Shown one piece after another: positions 13,901 through 30,811 of a stretch of DNA of 64,000 nt. A program made the translations under genes and the position numbers. The notes below the pieces were generated by a model that saw nothing but the letters and a program-made list of their open reading frames with translations, was not told where the DNA came from and searched no databases. The stretch comes from Camelus ferus (Eukaryota), in contig NC_045697.1 in assembly GCF_009834535.1 (NCBI RefSeq), positions 114,020,001-114,084,000 on the forward strand, in the 5' to 3' direction. Within the stretch, counting starts at the first letter, position 1. Every line of letters starts with the position of its first letter.

Positions 13901-15809
13901 AGCCATATGAGAAAAAAAAGAAGAATAAAAAAGAGAAAGAAAGCCTAGGTGAATTATGCAACACCATTAAAAAAAAAACAATATTTGTGTTATAGAAGTC
14001 CTAGAAAGAAAAGGGAGAGGGAGAAAGGGACATAAAACTTATTTTTTAAAAAAATATCGTTGAAAGCTTTCCAGATCTGGGGAGAGATACAGCCATCCAA
14101 GTACATGAAGCTCAAAAATCTCCAAATAGAGTCAACTCAGAGATCATCATCAAGACCCATTATAATTAAACCCTCAAAAATCAAACACAGAGAAATAATT
14201 TTGAAAGAAGTAATAGAAAAAAAATTCATCATATACAAGAGAACTTCAAAAAGACTATTGCTCAGCAGAAACCTTGCAAGCTAGGAGAGAGCAAGCAATC
14301 CCATTTACAACAGCATTAAAAGCAATAAAATGCTTAGGAATACACTTAACCAAGGAAGTGAAACACCTAGACACTGAAAGCTACAAGACACAGATGAAAG
14401 AAACTGAAGTAGACACAAATAAATGGAAAGACAGCTTGTGTTCTTGGCATAGAAGAATTAATATTGTGAAAATGTCAATGTTATCCAAAGAAATCATCAA
14501 TTCAATGCATTCTCTATCAAAATTCCAATGGCATTTTCCACAGATTAAAAAAAAAATCTATCCTAACATTTGTAGGAAACCACAAAAGATCTCAAATAAC
14601 CATAACGATCTTGAGAAGAAAGAACAAAGCTGAAGCCTTTACACCTAATTTCAAACTATGTTACAAAGCTAAAGTAACCAACACAATATGGTGCTGGCAT
14701 AAAAATAAGCACATGGACCAGTGGAACAGAATCAAGAGCCCCAAAATAAACCTACACATATGAGGTCAACTAATTTTTGACAAGGGAACCTGGAACACAC
14801 AACAGGAAAAGGGTAGCCTCTTCAGTAAATGGTGCTTGGAAAACTGGATATTCATATGCAGAAAAATAAAACTGTCTTCTATTTTACAATACTCATAAAA
14901 ATTAACTTAAAATAGATTAAAGAGTTCTGAAACAGTAAAACTACTAGAAGAAAACATAGGGAAAATATTATTTTTGGAAATAATACCAAAAGAATAAGCA
15001 ACAAAAGCAAAAATAAACAAGTAGGACTACATCAAACAAAAAAAGCTTCTGCACATCAAATGAAACAGCCAATAAATTTAAAAGGCAACCTACAGAATGG
15101 GAGAAAATACTTGTAAATCATATATCTGATTAAGGGTTAATAGCAAAAATATATAAAGAACTCATATAAATCAATAACAAAAAAGTAAATCATCCAATAT
15201 AAAATGGACAGAGAAAGTAAATAGACATTTTTCTAAAGAATACATCCAAATAGCCAACTGGTACCTAAAAAGGCACTCAGCGTCACTAATCATCAGGGAA
15301 ACAGAAATCAGAAAAAAAAAAAAAAAAAAAGCACAAACAGATGTGATCTCACACTTGTCATAATGGCTGGTATCAAAGAGACAAAATATAACAAGTATTG
15401 AGAAGATGTGGAGAAAAGGCAACCCTAGTGCATTATTGGTGGGAATATAAATTGCTGCAGACACTGTAGAAAACAGTAGAGATTTCTTCAAAAAACTTAA
15501 AATAGACCTATGGTATGATATTGCAATCCCACTTCTGGGTGTATATCTGAAGGAAAATAAATTACTCTCTTAAAGAGATATCTGTACCCCTGTGTTCTTT
15601 TAGCGTTATTCACAATACCCCAGGCAGAAACAGCCTAAGTGTTCATGGGCAGATGAATAGTTACTGAACATGAAATAATATTCAGCCATTAAAAAGTGGA
15701 AATCTTGCCATTTAGGACAACACTGTTGAAATTGAAAGGCATTATGCTATGTGAAATAAGCCAGGAGGAGAAAGACAAATACTGTAAAGTATCATCAATA
15801 TGCAGAATA

Positions 15810-16267
15810 CTATTTACTGTGTCTGCGAGTCTGTTTCTGTTTTGAGTTCATAGTGTCCTTTTTATTCTTTTAATTCTTTTTTTTTAGATTCCACACATGA
15901 GTGATATTATATGGTATTTTTCTTTCTTTTCCTGGCTCACTTCACTTAGGACAATGATCTCTAGGTCCATCCATGTTTCTATATTCTTTTTTATGGCTGA
16001 GTATTATCCCAATGTATGATTACCAGGGAACGGAGGTGGGAAGGGATAAATTTGGGAGTTTGGGATTTACAAATGTTAGCCACTATATATAAAAATAGAT
16101 TTTAAAAAGTTCCCTCTGTATAGCACTGGGAACTATGTTTACTATCTTGTAACAACCTTTAATGAAAAGAATATGAAAATGAATATATGTATGTATATGC
16201 ATGCCTAGGACATTGTGCTGTACACCAGAAATTGACAAAATGTAACTGAATGTACTTCAATAAAAAG
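15810..16267. mobile_element. Younger 5'-inverted (twin-primed) L1 3' fragment nested in the L1MA
   Basis: Antisense L1 segment 15810-~16016 joined to sense 3' UTR ~16017-16266; 11-bp TSD tatgcagaata at 15799-15809 and 16268-16278. Confidence 0.88.
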
Positions 16268-16444
16268 TATGCAGAATATTTTTAAAAAGCCAATTTCATG
16301 GAAACAAAAAATAGCATGCTTGTTGCCAATTATTAGGGAAAGAAGAATTGGGGAGATGTAGGTGAAAGGACAGACATAAAAAGTTATTATAAGATGAAGT
16401 TCTGAGGATCTAAATGACTATATTTGATAATGCCATTTTGTATA

Positions 16445-16594
16445 CAGTCGATCCTTCACATCTCCAGATGTGGAACCATGGATACGGAGGGCCAACTGTA
16501 TTGTGTCATTTTTATAAGGAACTTGAGCATCCATAGATTTTGGTATCCTTGGGGGTCCTGGAGCCAATCCTGAGCAGATCCCAAGGGATGACTG
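16445..16594 (-). mobile_element. MER2-like Tigger MITE
   Basis: CAGT...ACTG termini flanked by TA; acttgagcatccatagattttggtatccttgggggtcctggagccaatcc matches the reverse complement of the MER2 left end. Confidence 0.8.
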
Positions 16595-17109
16595 TACTTG
16601 AAAGTCTCAGAGAGATCTTAAACATTCTCACCACTCACAAAAAGAATTCAACATGTGATGTGATGAATGTGTTAATCTCTTGATTTTGGTAATCATTCCA
16701 TAGTATGTATGTTTTTGTAAATACATATAATATCATCAGGTTGTACACTTTAAATACTCCCAATTATATTTGTCGATTATTTCCTAATAAAGCTGAAAAT
16801 AGTAAACTCGTATAAACACAAGGCCCTAAGCCTCACTTACCCTTTGGTTAAAATGAGGCTAACATTACAGTCACCTGCCTGCATAAGCACGAGTGAAAAT
16901 CCTATCAGATATTCTTCCACTTATTTCAGGACAGCCCAACTGGGCAGCTCTTCCTTTAATAACAGCAGGTTAGCTCATGGTTTTGCTTCCAATCTTATGT
17001 AATTTGCTTGAAAATGCTGTTGTACATGTCATGGTCGTCAACTCCTAGAGGCTGTCATGAGCCCACAGGTTGAGCATGAAAGTAGGGGAAGCTAGACCAT
17101 GACTTCGGT

Positions 17110-17185
17110 AACCTCAGATGAGATGATACGTGTAAAGAACTCAGAAACTGCTTGCCACCTAGTAAGACCGATGTAAGTGTTTTAA
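17110..17185 (+). mobile_element. MIR 3' fragment
   Basis: atgagatgatacgtgtaaagaactcagaaactgcttgccacctagtaag resembles the MIR tail. Confidence 0.55.
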
Positions 17186-17270
17186 TCTCTTCTCCTCTTC
17201 CTCCTCTACCTCCTTCCTCCTCCTCACCCTCCTATTCCTCCTTCTCATCCCCCTTTTTCTTCTCCTTCAT
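17186..17270. repeat. CT/CCT-rich low-complexity tract
   Basis: Nearly pure pyrimidine run on the + strand. Confidence 0.8.
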
Positions 17271-18546
17271 TTGTATTCCCTAATCTAGCTTTCATAGACC
17301 CTTGCAACCAACTCTCTGCCTACTGGGAGCTCAGTCGGTGTGTTTATACTTCGACTCCATGCTACTGACCTCCTTCTGCTTATTTCCCCAAGACTTGGTG
17401 GCCTTGGTTACTTGCACCGAGAATATCTTATAGTAGTTTGGGTTTACCTGCAATACCTGGCTACAGGTGATTATATTTTCTACATTGCAGGATATAGTTT
17501 TATGGACAAAGTATATTCTCCACAATAAATGTGAGTTACAGATAGTCTCTGTAAATTTAAATTCCTTGAAAAAGCATACTACATGCTCCAGATCATGGGA
17601 AATTTAAAAATCAAATCATTAAATTCCTATGACAATTATTACTTATGATCCACTTGTAGACGTAATAAATTACAAATCCCAATCTACTGAGGGATAAACA
17701 TAAAATGGAAAGAATTCTAATGTAAACATTTGCATTTTAAATCATACCTCACCAATTTCTGTGTCAAAATCACTAATTAATTAGTGACTTACATTTTTTA
17801 TTTATTCCAAATCCTTTAATTAGTGATTTGTGTTAGGAAAATCATCATTATTTTTCACACTCCAAAAACACACTGTAAAAACTGCTATGATTATTTACTT
17901 TAATTTGTATGACTCTTTACCAAGTAACTATAATATTAAGTGGGCATAAATTTTCTTCTGAAAATAGAAGAGAATGTTTTGAATATATTTTTATGTAATT
18001 CTCATGTCTAAAGAAGTATAGAGTTGAGCTATGCTGAACTATTCAGAGTTCCTCCCAAAGGATTAAATAGTTTACAACTCTGTGTCTTAGCATAGCTTAA
18101 AGCTCTTTTTCCCAGAAAATTGTTTTGTCATTCTTTAAATCTTACCTTTAAATCTTAGCTTGAATTCTTTAAATTCATTTTCACAGTGATTTCTCCCTTT
18201 ATCCCATAGTCAGTAGACAATTGCCCCTCTCATTCTTGTTTTCACATCATTCTATAAATGCTTTATCATTATTATGTAATAAAAGGTATCAGTCTCTCCA
18301 AATAGAATGTGAACTTCTGAGATCAGAACTTTATTGTTCTCCATATTTAGTCCCTGTCTGGTGACACAATGCTGGTTATGTATTTTCCAAACAAACCTCA
18401 ATCTAAAGACAGAGTAGTTTAGTATCAATACCTGGAAGTGGTAACATGATCATAGAATAGATAACTTCCAATCACATATCAAACTTCTTCACACAAAAAT
18501 GAGATACATGCATAAAGGATCTGAAAGTCATTAGAATATGCATTAT

Positions 18547-22260
<3,714 letters not shown>

Positions 22261-23735
22261 AGACAGGTCATTTTTATCTTAAGATTATAAGGTAGGTAAA
22301 AGAGCATTTTCTTCTAGCATTTAAAAAAAACCTCAAATATATATTTATTGTGAAATAAATGAAAAATTGTATACTTTAATATGAAGAGAAGTGCTTGTGT
22401 ATGTTTTACTGTGTGGTGGCTTTTTTTGTATAATTTTCCTTTTGATTATTTTCATTATCTACTCTGCTTATGAGTCTTTGTGATATTTCCAATATAGAAC
22501 ATATCACTACCTAATTCCTCATGTTGCCGTGCTATTTTTCTGCCCTGTATAGCATAATTCCTTCACCTAATTAAATGCTCACCTTTTAAGATCCTGTTTA
22601 TTTATGTCTTTCATGAGTCAATCAACCAAAGGTATCCTCTGAGGCACTTTGGGCAAATTCTTATTGATTGTATTTGACACAATATGTAGTAACTGTTTAT
22701 TCATGTGTCTTATCCATTTTCCTTGAACACACACACACACATACAATCAGACAAAAAAAAAACTTTGATGTTTACAATTAGATTTAAACCATGAATGCAA
22801 TTAATTATATCTCTCCTATAGTAATCACTGATTTTATTTTAAATGTAAATACAAATCAATTTCCATTATAAAACTTCTAAAGATAATATTTAAAATTACC
22901 ATGTATGTCATAAAAGTATAATACAAGTATGATTGACTATCAGAGAAATTTGGTGAGCAAATTCAGTTCTATTTTGAATTTTTTTTTTAAATCCTGTGCA
23001 TGTCTCTCTTGAAACCTTGCTTATGGGATTCAGAATCTGAAGTAATATTGAGACTATCCATCAATCCAATGACAAGTTCTCTTTATCTTATCTTAAAATC
23101 CTATAAAACATCAAATATGATAGGAATCTACACTAAGAAGCAACTATGATTTTTGACTTGGGAATTAATGACATCACATCAACAATTAAGCCAGAAGAGA
23201 CGTAGCTGTAGATGGATAGTCATCGCTTTTAAAGTTTATATTTTCAATGTCTCTGTAGAGCTAGGTCTCTCTCTCTCTTGCTCTCCTTCTCCATAGCAAA
23301 TATTTTAATCAAATTTTATGCATATGTTCGACTGTTAATATATCTGATGCCATTTCTTTAAAAAAAGAAAATTACTTTCATTTCATAAGACAGCTGAAAC
23401 ATACAAGTTGGCCAACTCTACTGAATAAGTTTACCATCCCAATTCTGCACTACCACAAACACCACTGGTGATTTTTCAGTCTTACCGTGCATTCTCATGG
23501 GTCCGTGATGTTGTCCATGCTGTGTCTTCTGCACAGAATCCTCCTCTTCCTTTTGCTGTAAAGATCAACTACTTATTTTCACAACTTCATCTTCTCTCTG
23601 TGTATTCCACAATCCTCTGCATTCCCAGAGCATCCTTCACCTGCCTAGGTGAAGAGCAAACATGTTGTTCCCTTGAACTTACTGTCTAGATTTTATACAT
23701 AATTCCACTACTGAATGTCACATTTTATTTCACTT

Positions 23736-23736
23736 T

Positions 23737-23776
<40 letters not shown>
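23736..23776. repeat. (TG)n microsatellite
   Basis: Directly visible. Confidence 0.95.
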
Positions 23777-23779
<3 letters not shown>

Positions 23780-23829
23780 GCCTGTCCTTACACCAGACTG
23801 TTAAGGTCTAGAATTCAGACACTCTGTTA

Positions 23830-24070
23830 AGAATGGTGCTAGATAGTTCTAGACACTGTGGATATACCAGTTAAGACTCATGGAACATACATTCTTGTAA
23901 AGGGAACATACCATGCACAAAGAAATACACAGTATTCCAGGAAGTAGTAACTTCTCTGAGAAATGAATAAAAAGCTAAAAAAATCAAATAGAAATGGGGG
24001 TGTTGTTTTAGGGAGAATGGTTAGGGACTGAGGCTTATTAAGGAGGTGACATTAAATCAGAAACATGATT
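23830..24070 (-). mobile_element. L2 fragment
   Basis: gttctagacactgtggatatacc...attaaggaggtgacatt resembles the antisense L2 3' region. Confidence 0.6.
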
Positions 24071-24295
24071 CACATTCCAAGGTAAATCATTTTAAATAAA
24101 AGATAAGAAGGTTGTGATTAAACTAAGTAAGACTGAAAATTCACTATTACAGTTTAGCAAAAATACATAGATAAACCCAAGATTTAGGAGGCCAGATATA
24201 CTGCATTCTGATTGCCATTACCTCTTATTTTCCAGGCAATTTATAATTAAATTGTCACCAACAAAGTACGCTTTGGGAAAGAATGTGCATGCCTC

Positions 24296-24299
24296 TGTG

Positions 24300-24352
<53 letters not shown>
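24296..24352. repeat. (TG)n microsatellite
   Basis: About 28 units with one interruption. Confidence 0.95.
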
Positions 24353-24355
<3 letters not shown>

Positions 24356-25347
24356 AGTCCCTGGGGAGGAAGTTCACGTGTTCATGGGTGTGCTTGTATC
24401 ATAATGGCATGGAAAAGATTTCTTACAAGATTGTGGTGGACTGGCTCTACTGAAATGGTCTCTCTTCCAAACTTCCATGAATTTACAACCCATATTACTG
24501 AATACCTCTAATACATATTTTAAAAATCTTTAATATTGTATATTTTCACCACCAAGCACATGGAAATATTAAACAACTATTTATTGAACATGAGTAAGCT
24601 GCTGTAAATTAGCACTCCACAAATTTTGTTTGGTGGCAGTTGTATGGAAAACAATTATTATTTACATCAAGGAGAAGGGAAGAGTTCTGAGAAGGAATAT
24701 AAACTAGGAATTTTAAACTTCTAAAATTATTAAACTTTATTTTTATGTATGTTTGCCACTAAAATTTATACTTATATATATTTTCTTTCCATCCATTCTC
24801 TATTTTCTATTGGTCTTAAGTCGTTAACTTAAAATTACACACATTTACCTGAGCTTCCATAGTGTTTATATAAAGCAGATATTCACATACATATATGGCC
24901 ACCTTTGGTGAATGATGACATCAGTTTACTTCAAGAAAAAGTGTGGATCTTATGAATTGAGGGCAAGATTCGCTCAACTAGGACACGTTACTTTTGGCTA
25001 CTACCAACATAGTTGTAACTTTTGTTCATTTAAAAATTTTAAGTTTAGTTGATTCATTATGGGCTTTATTTAATACACTAGTAAAACTCTTGCATACATT
25101 TGATTTGTCTTAAATCCCATGACAGAAGTTGCTTTTTTTCCAGCATATGGTCAACCTAAGCACAGTTTGAGTGCACTTCATTGCACACTTTAGGCAAAGA
25201 AAAATAAATAAATAAAAATACCTTTCTCCCCCCTAAAAGGAGAGGTGAGGTCTATGGTTACTCAGCCTATGCCACCTGTTCAACCAAAGAATGTTATGTT
25301 TGGAATGAGCAGGAATCCTTAAGAAGAAAATAACTTCTTTTTTAATA

Positions 25348-25392
25348 TTACCATGTTAATTACCATGTTAGTTACCATGACCTTACCATATG
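25348..25392. repeat. ~12-bp tandem repeat x4 (ttaccatgttaa)
   Basis: Units begin at 25348, 25360, 25372 and 25383. Confidence 0.85.
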
Positions 25393-27199
25393 CTTTTTAT
25401 TAATGACCTGAGTCCCATGAGCTGAGAAAAAAAATAGCAACCCAGAAATATTTTCTTCATCACTCTTGCATGAAAGGTGGAAAGATTCTTGCATTCTATA
25501 CACTTCCTTCATGTAGTATAGATAAATTATGCTCATGAATAATCTGCTGAAAGACTAAAAGAACTCTCTCAAAATGAAAGAGAGAATCGGTTTACTTTTT
25601 TAAGGAACCAACTCAATTCTACCTGCACTTGTTTCTTTCCTCATCTCTCAGTGTGAAGACCCTGTGGGATTCCTGGCAATGACCAAAGGGCACATAAGTA
25701 GTCCCATTTATCTAACCTCATACATATGCAATAAAAAAAAAGAGTATCCATGGGTATCTCCTGTGTAGGGTCCCTGCCTTTTCCTTAGAGTGATTTCAGC
25801 ATGGAATGGAAGGGCAAGTCACAGATGATCTGATGTTTATAACTCAGTGTTGTTATGATGAGGAGGAAGTGCTTAGCATTTAGGTAGTTTTGTCTCTACC
25901 CAGAGAGTAGTGAGATGGAAGGTATCCGGTAAACTATGTCTGAAGAAATGGTGGCCATATATTTAGTTTTAGTGTTTGACTATAAGAAGTCAATTTTTAA
26001 TGATATAGCCATCATCAGATGTTAATAAATGTCATACCAAAATCCAAATGCTGGATAAGAAATGCTCAATAAGATCGTCCAGGTTGATAACATTCTGTCC
26101 CCTTAAAGGACTAGCTGCCTGTGTATTGATGTTATTTGGGTATATTTTAATTTGCCTAGATGCTTCAGGGACCACCATATCTCCTTTAAAAATTATTGCT
26201 TCCAACTAGACTTAATTTTACCCTGACTTAGCTCAGTTCCATTTATTATATATTTTTTTTAACTTTAAAGAGATCATACCTTACGATCATGTGTTTTCTC
26301 TGAATCCATACTTCTGTCCAGATTATCTTTGCTAATCTTTAACATACTGCCTGCAAGAATCTATTTGCCCATTTCTACCTTTGGGCTGGATTTCATGGAG
26401 TTTATTTATGTAATCAATATAGTACGTTGGGATTCTTCTAAGAAATGATATGGTACAAAGTAAAGCACAGATCATTTGCTATTATTTAGCTTCTATATGT
26501 GGCCAAGTATATATTTATTCAATTAAGACAAGATCACTTTATCAGAAAATCTTTTGAAAGAATATTAAAATTGAGTTATACCAAGAGATTGACATTCTAC
26601 TCTTATGGACAAGACCTAAGATTTCCTGGCGTAAGATTGTTTCTCAAATGTATCACACAGCCAGGGTAACAAATATTTCCAACTTCTTAAGAGTTCTCAC
26701 ATAATTCAGTAATTCCAATTTTCTTAATATTTCCTCATTTCAAAATTAACACTTGAAATATGAGGTAACAGTTTATAAAATAAAATTGTGGAAAATATAT
26801 ATTACCAAGTGAATATGCAATATTTTAGTCATAGAAACAAGTTGGAACAGTTTTGACTTTGAAAATCCTAAATACATATATGTTTTTCTATGTATGACAT
26901 ACATATGAATTTTACATTTTTATAATATATTAAATTCATATATACACATATATTTAAATACAGGCTTCTGAAGCATTTCCCATTTGTAGAATATTTTAAA
27001 ATATTTCATTGGTAATTTATAATTATGTACAATTGTACAAATAGAGAATTGGGGTTGAAGAAAAGAACATAATAAAATACTGACATCAGTGAGTGCTAAG
27101 CCTATTTGACTCTTGCTAAAGTAAGGCTTAGATCAATATCACTGCATATTTATGACAGACAAACTCAATTAGGCTTCCATCAACACCAAGCTCTTTTAC

Positions 27200-28240
27200 T
27201 CCTCTCACAAAAACCAATAGGTTGAAAGTCTACTCTATCTCCTCAAATTTCTGACAAACCCTCCTACTCTACCACTCAGCCAACTTTCCTTCCATTGCAT
27301 AAAGAAAATAAATCATCCCAAACTGCACAGCGTTCAATTCGACAGGTCAAACCCGCAAACCTCCGGCACCTATAACCATGCTTTCCTATGCCCACCAGTT
27401 ATTGCAGAGAAACCGGTTCTCCTTCTAACTAAATTTTGTCCCCACTTATATTCTATATAACATCTACCTTTTCAATAACCTTATAAATACAGTCTAATCA
27501 GCTCTCCCTTTTATCTGAATTCTCTCCATTTCTATTATGTATCTCCTATCATTTAGACAGTCTAAATTCTCACTGATATAAATAACATATTCTAAATTTA
27601 TACAAAATAAAACAAAACAGCAAATGAGCAAAAGCAAACACATCTCTGCAGACTTTGCTTTATGTTCAGCTACACACCATCCCAGAACTTTCTTTCCCAG
27701 TCATGTTCTCCCATCCCATTTTCACCACATCACACATTTCTCAATCACCTTCTCCTTCCTTGACTAACTTCAATTTTACTTCCAGGCCCAATACCACCAA
27801 AAATAAGTTTTCTTTGAAGTCAGTGATTCCATCTATGTCAATACAAGAGATTGGCATTGTCTTACACATAATTGTACTTGAGCTATCAAAAGAATTCCCC
27901 ATTATTGAAAATTTCTCTCTTATATAATACATTCCCTAGTATGCCATGATTCCATGCTCTCCTGTTTGTGCTCCTATAACTTGTCCACCCTCCTATTCTC
28001 TTTGACTAATTTGACATTATAGTTTTCTTATGTTGTTTACAGTATTCAGTTCTAGATCATTCAACTCTACTGTATGTTCTCCAAATGCAGTACTGATGAT
28101 TTAAACATAGGCTGGTGATTTCTAAATTTATATGTTTGTTGAAGGACCTTCCAAAAGTTTTAGACATTTTGACCATCAGCCTACATTGCCTCTTCAAAGT
28201 AGTATTCAAAGTAAAATCAGAGTCAAATATCAAACCCATG
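27200..28240 (+). mobile_element. Decayed L2 internal fragment
   Basis: Pyrimidine-rich L2-like text (ccatgattccatgctctcctg, gctggtgatttctaaatttatat). Confidence 0.5.
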
Positions 28241-28269
28241 AAAATTTCAGGCTCTTCACTCTTAAGAGA

Positions 28270-28715
28270 CAGAATAGACCAAGATTACTTTAAGTGTCTG
28301 AGCAACCAGAAGGACAGAGAGATGAAGAAGATGGGGCAGATGAGAAAGATGGTCAAAGAAGTAAGGGACAGTCAGAGTTTGGTTTTAGACGTGACAGGTA
28401 GGTTGTTATTAGATATCCAAATAGAGATGTCAAGAATACACTTCAGTATGAATCTGAAGCTAAGGGATAAGGATTGGCTAGAGATATAAATTTGAGAGTC
28501 CCTAGGCAAAGGATTGCACTTAAGGCTGGAAGACTAGGTGAGATCACCCAAGGAATGAGGTATGTGGAAGAAACATCAGGGCTCAGTGTCTGGAAATCTA
28601 GTATTGAGAAATTGAGGAGACTAGGAAGAATCAGCAAATGAGCTAAAACAGGCATAGCCAGATAACAAGAGAAAATTTCACAAAATGGAACAATTCTAGA
28701 AGGCAAGCGAAGGAG
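28270..28715 (-). mobile_element. L2 fragment (antisense)
   Basis: agatatccaaatagagatgtcaag...ggctagagatataaatttgagagtc...gagatcacccaagga are typical L2 antisense motifs. Confidence 0.75.
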
Positions 28716-28739
28716 GTATAAACGTGTTTCTTATTTGGC

Positions 28740-29557
28740 CATCTTTCTTATCTTAGAGGTAATGCCATTCTTCTAGGGGCTTAGACGCTTGAGATCACCC
28801 TTGTCTGTTCTGTCTCACATCCACAACATTCTATCAACAAATCTTTCCAGCTCTAACTGATATTCTAGCTCCGTTGGTACCACACCATTCATTCCAAGTT
28901 ATTATCACCTCCCACCAGGATTCCTGCAAGACCTTCTACTGGTCCCTCTAATTTTATCCTTGCCCTGTTCAAACTATTCTCAACAGCCAGAATGAGTCTA
29001 CTGAAATGTCACTCAGATGATGTGACTCCCCTGAGTAGAAACAATGTTTTGTTCAGCTCTCTCAGTGCAAAAGCTGAAGAAGTAATCAGTTAGCCCGGTG
29101 CTGGTCTGTCTGCCCCTGTTACCTCCGTTATTGCACTTCCCCCTAAACTCCCCTCCCACCACCTGCCTGCCACACAGGTCTCCTTGGTATTTTTGACAAC
29201 ACCAAGACCTCTTGTATCTCAGGCAATTTGCAATTTTTTTTCTCTCATGAACATGTTTTCCCCAGATATGTGCCGAGATCATTCTTTCATCTCAGTCAGA
29301 ATTTTACTCAAAAATTATTATCATGGTAGACTTGGATAAAATTGCAGGCAGTCACGCCACACTACCACCTTCTATGGTGTATCTTTTTCTAAGCAGAATT
29401 GATTACCATTTATATCATAGTTAGTTTCCATACGGAAATCATTTTTTTCTATTTTGTTCATCCTTTAGAGTTTTATCACCTGGAACAGTGTCTGGCACAT
29501 AAAAGTGATCGATACAAATCTGTTGAAAGAATGAATGACTAAATGAATGAATGAATG
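28740..29557 (+). mobile_element. L2a 3' end
   Basis: attctcaacagccagaatga...cctggaacagtgtctggcacata...tgttgaaagaatgaatg, with the L2 (TGAA)n tail. Confidence 0.8.
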
Positions 29558-30777
29558 GCAAAAAAGGAAGGGATACAGAGACAGAGAGACAGAGAAAGAT
29601 TTTTTTTCATTAGTATCTATTTGGAAAATTTAAGTGTGCTTGCCCTATAATTTTGAAAAAATAAGGTAGTTTTAAAACAAGTAATTTATATTTAAATTTT
29701 AGTTTAAATGAACAACAGATACTCTAAATTAAAAATAAATCAGAACTGGAAGAAATAAATTAGTTAACAAAGGACAGTATGGAATTTAAACACAAAGGTT
29801 GGATGGGTTAGGATAACAGCCTTAGAACACAAAGTATTAAAGTCCAGTAGACTCATACATTGGGTTAGCTGATTCAATAAATATACATTTGTCAATATAC
29901 ATTTTTTATTCCTGAAATCTGACTAGGTGAATGCTTGCAGCAAAATACGTTTTGTATGTTTTTTTTACTATGTTTACACATTTTACCAAAATTTATTGAC
30001 ATTCATACAATTCTGCAGCTAAATATATAATTTTTATTAGAAGCATATTTCAGAATTATTTTTAGTATGAGACCCTGAAACTTTTAGACAGAGTAAATTG
30101 TGCTTGAATGTTAATTGAGAAGTTATAGAGTGCACAATTTCTACTTAAAAACTTGAACGCAAGCTAATTCTTCTGTGGTTGCCTGGGAACTAATAAGGAG
30201 TATGTCAAATTGACAGACAGGTCTGACTGAAGCAGCTTTGAATAAATAATAGAATTGTTGTCAACTTTAGCCTCAGATAAGTGAGACAGGGACCAATTCT
30301 AAGCTAAACTGAAGGGAAGACAGTTGAAACATCTTTTGTTATTTTTAGTGAATTCTTCATTGTTTGCCCCTAAACTTTTTTTTCTCACCATTTATGATTA
30401 ATGTAAAGACTCTGAAAGCAAATTTTGAAGATGTCATTCAATATCTGTTGGAATTAAATGGAACAGACCAAGGCATTTGAGAGGCATAATGATTATTATT
30501 CATTAGCCATTTATTTATAAATTCTTATTATATTATATGCATTGATTTCTTATATGTATTGGTTTCTTAGAAAAAAAATTTATATCCACTAAGAATGATT
30601 ACTACTCTAATAAAAAAAATGTGTATAAAATATTTTTAAGGTGAGAATTGTGTTACAATGACTCCTGGCTAAACATACAACAAAATATTTTAACAAGTCT
30701 TTAGTTATAGTGATGTTTTATATCAGATTGTTGATCAAATTCTTACAAATTTTGACCTCTTTTTGTTTTAATTCCAG

Positions 30778-30811
30778 CAGGAAAAAAGTCAAGAAAGTTC
30801 CAGAATCAAAG
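30778..30811 (+). CDS. Candidate internal micro-exon (34 nt; 31 nt if the distal AG at 30779-30780 is used)
   Basis: ~49-nt AG-free zone, branch-like tttgac, polypyrimidine tract, ttccag/cag NAGNAG acceptor, AAG|gtaagt donor. Purine-rich and open in all 3 frames (RKKVKKVPESK, QEKSQESSRIK, GKKSRKFQNQ). Confidence 0.6.

Larger units (their letters stand above)
12101..16800 (+). mobile_element. L1MA9-like element with 5' UTR, ORF1 remnant, large internal deletion, ORF2 3' part and 3' UTR
   Basis: L1 5' end ggaggtgacgtcagcaagatgg; ORF1-like peptide (SSRPIIIKPSKIK); ORF2 peptide IPFTTALKAIKCLGIHLTKEVK...[22 protein letters not shown]; 3' end aataaagctgaaaa. Interrupted by 15810-16267 and 16445-16594. 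Confidence 0.9.

Noticed and set aside
25348..25392. Short repeat array resembling CRISPR or iterons
   Set aside because: Simple head-to-tail repeat without spacers, in mammalian DNA.
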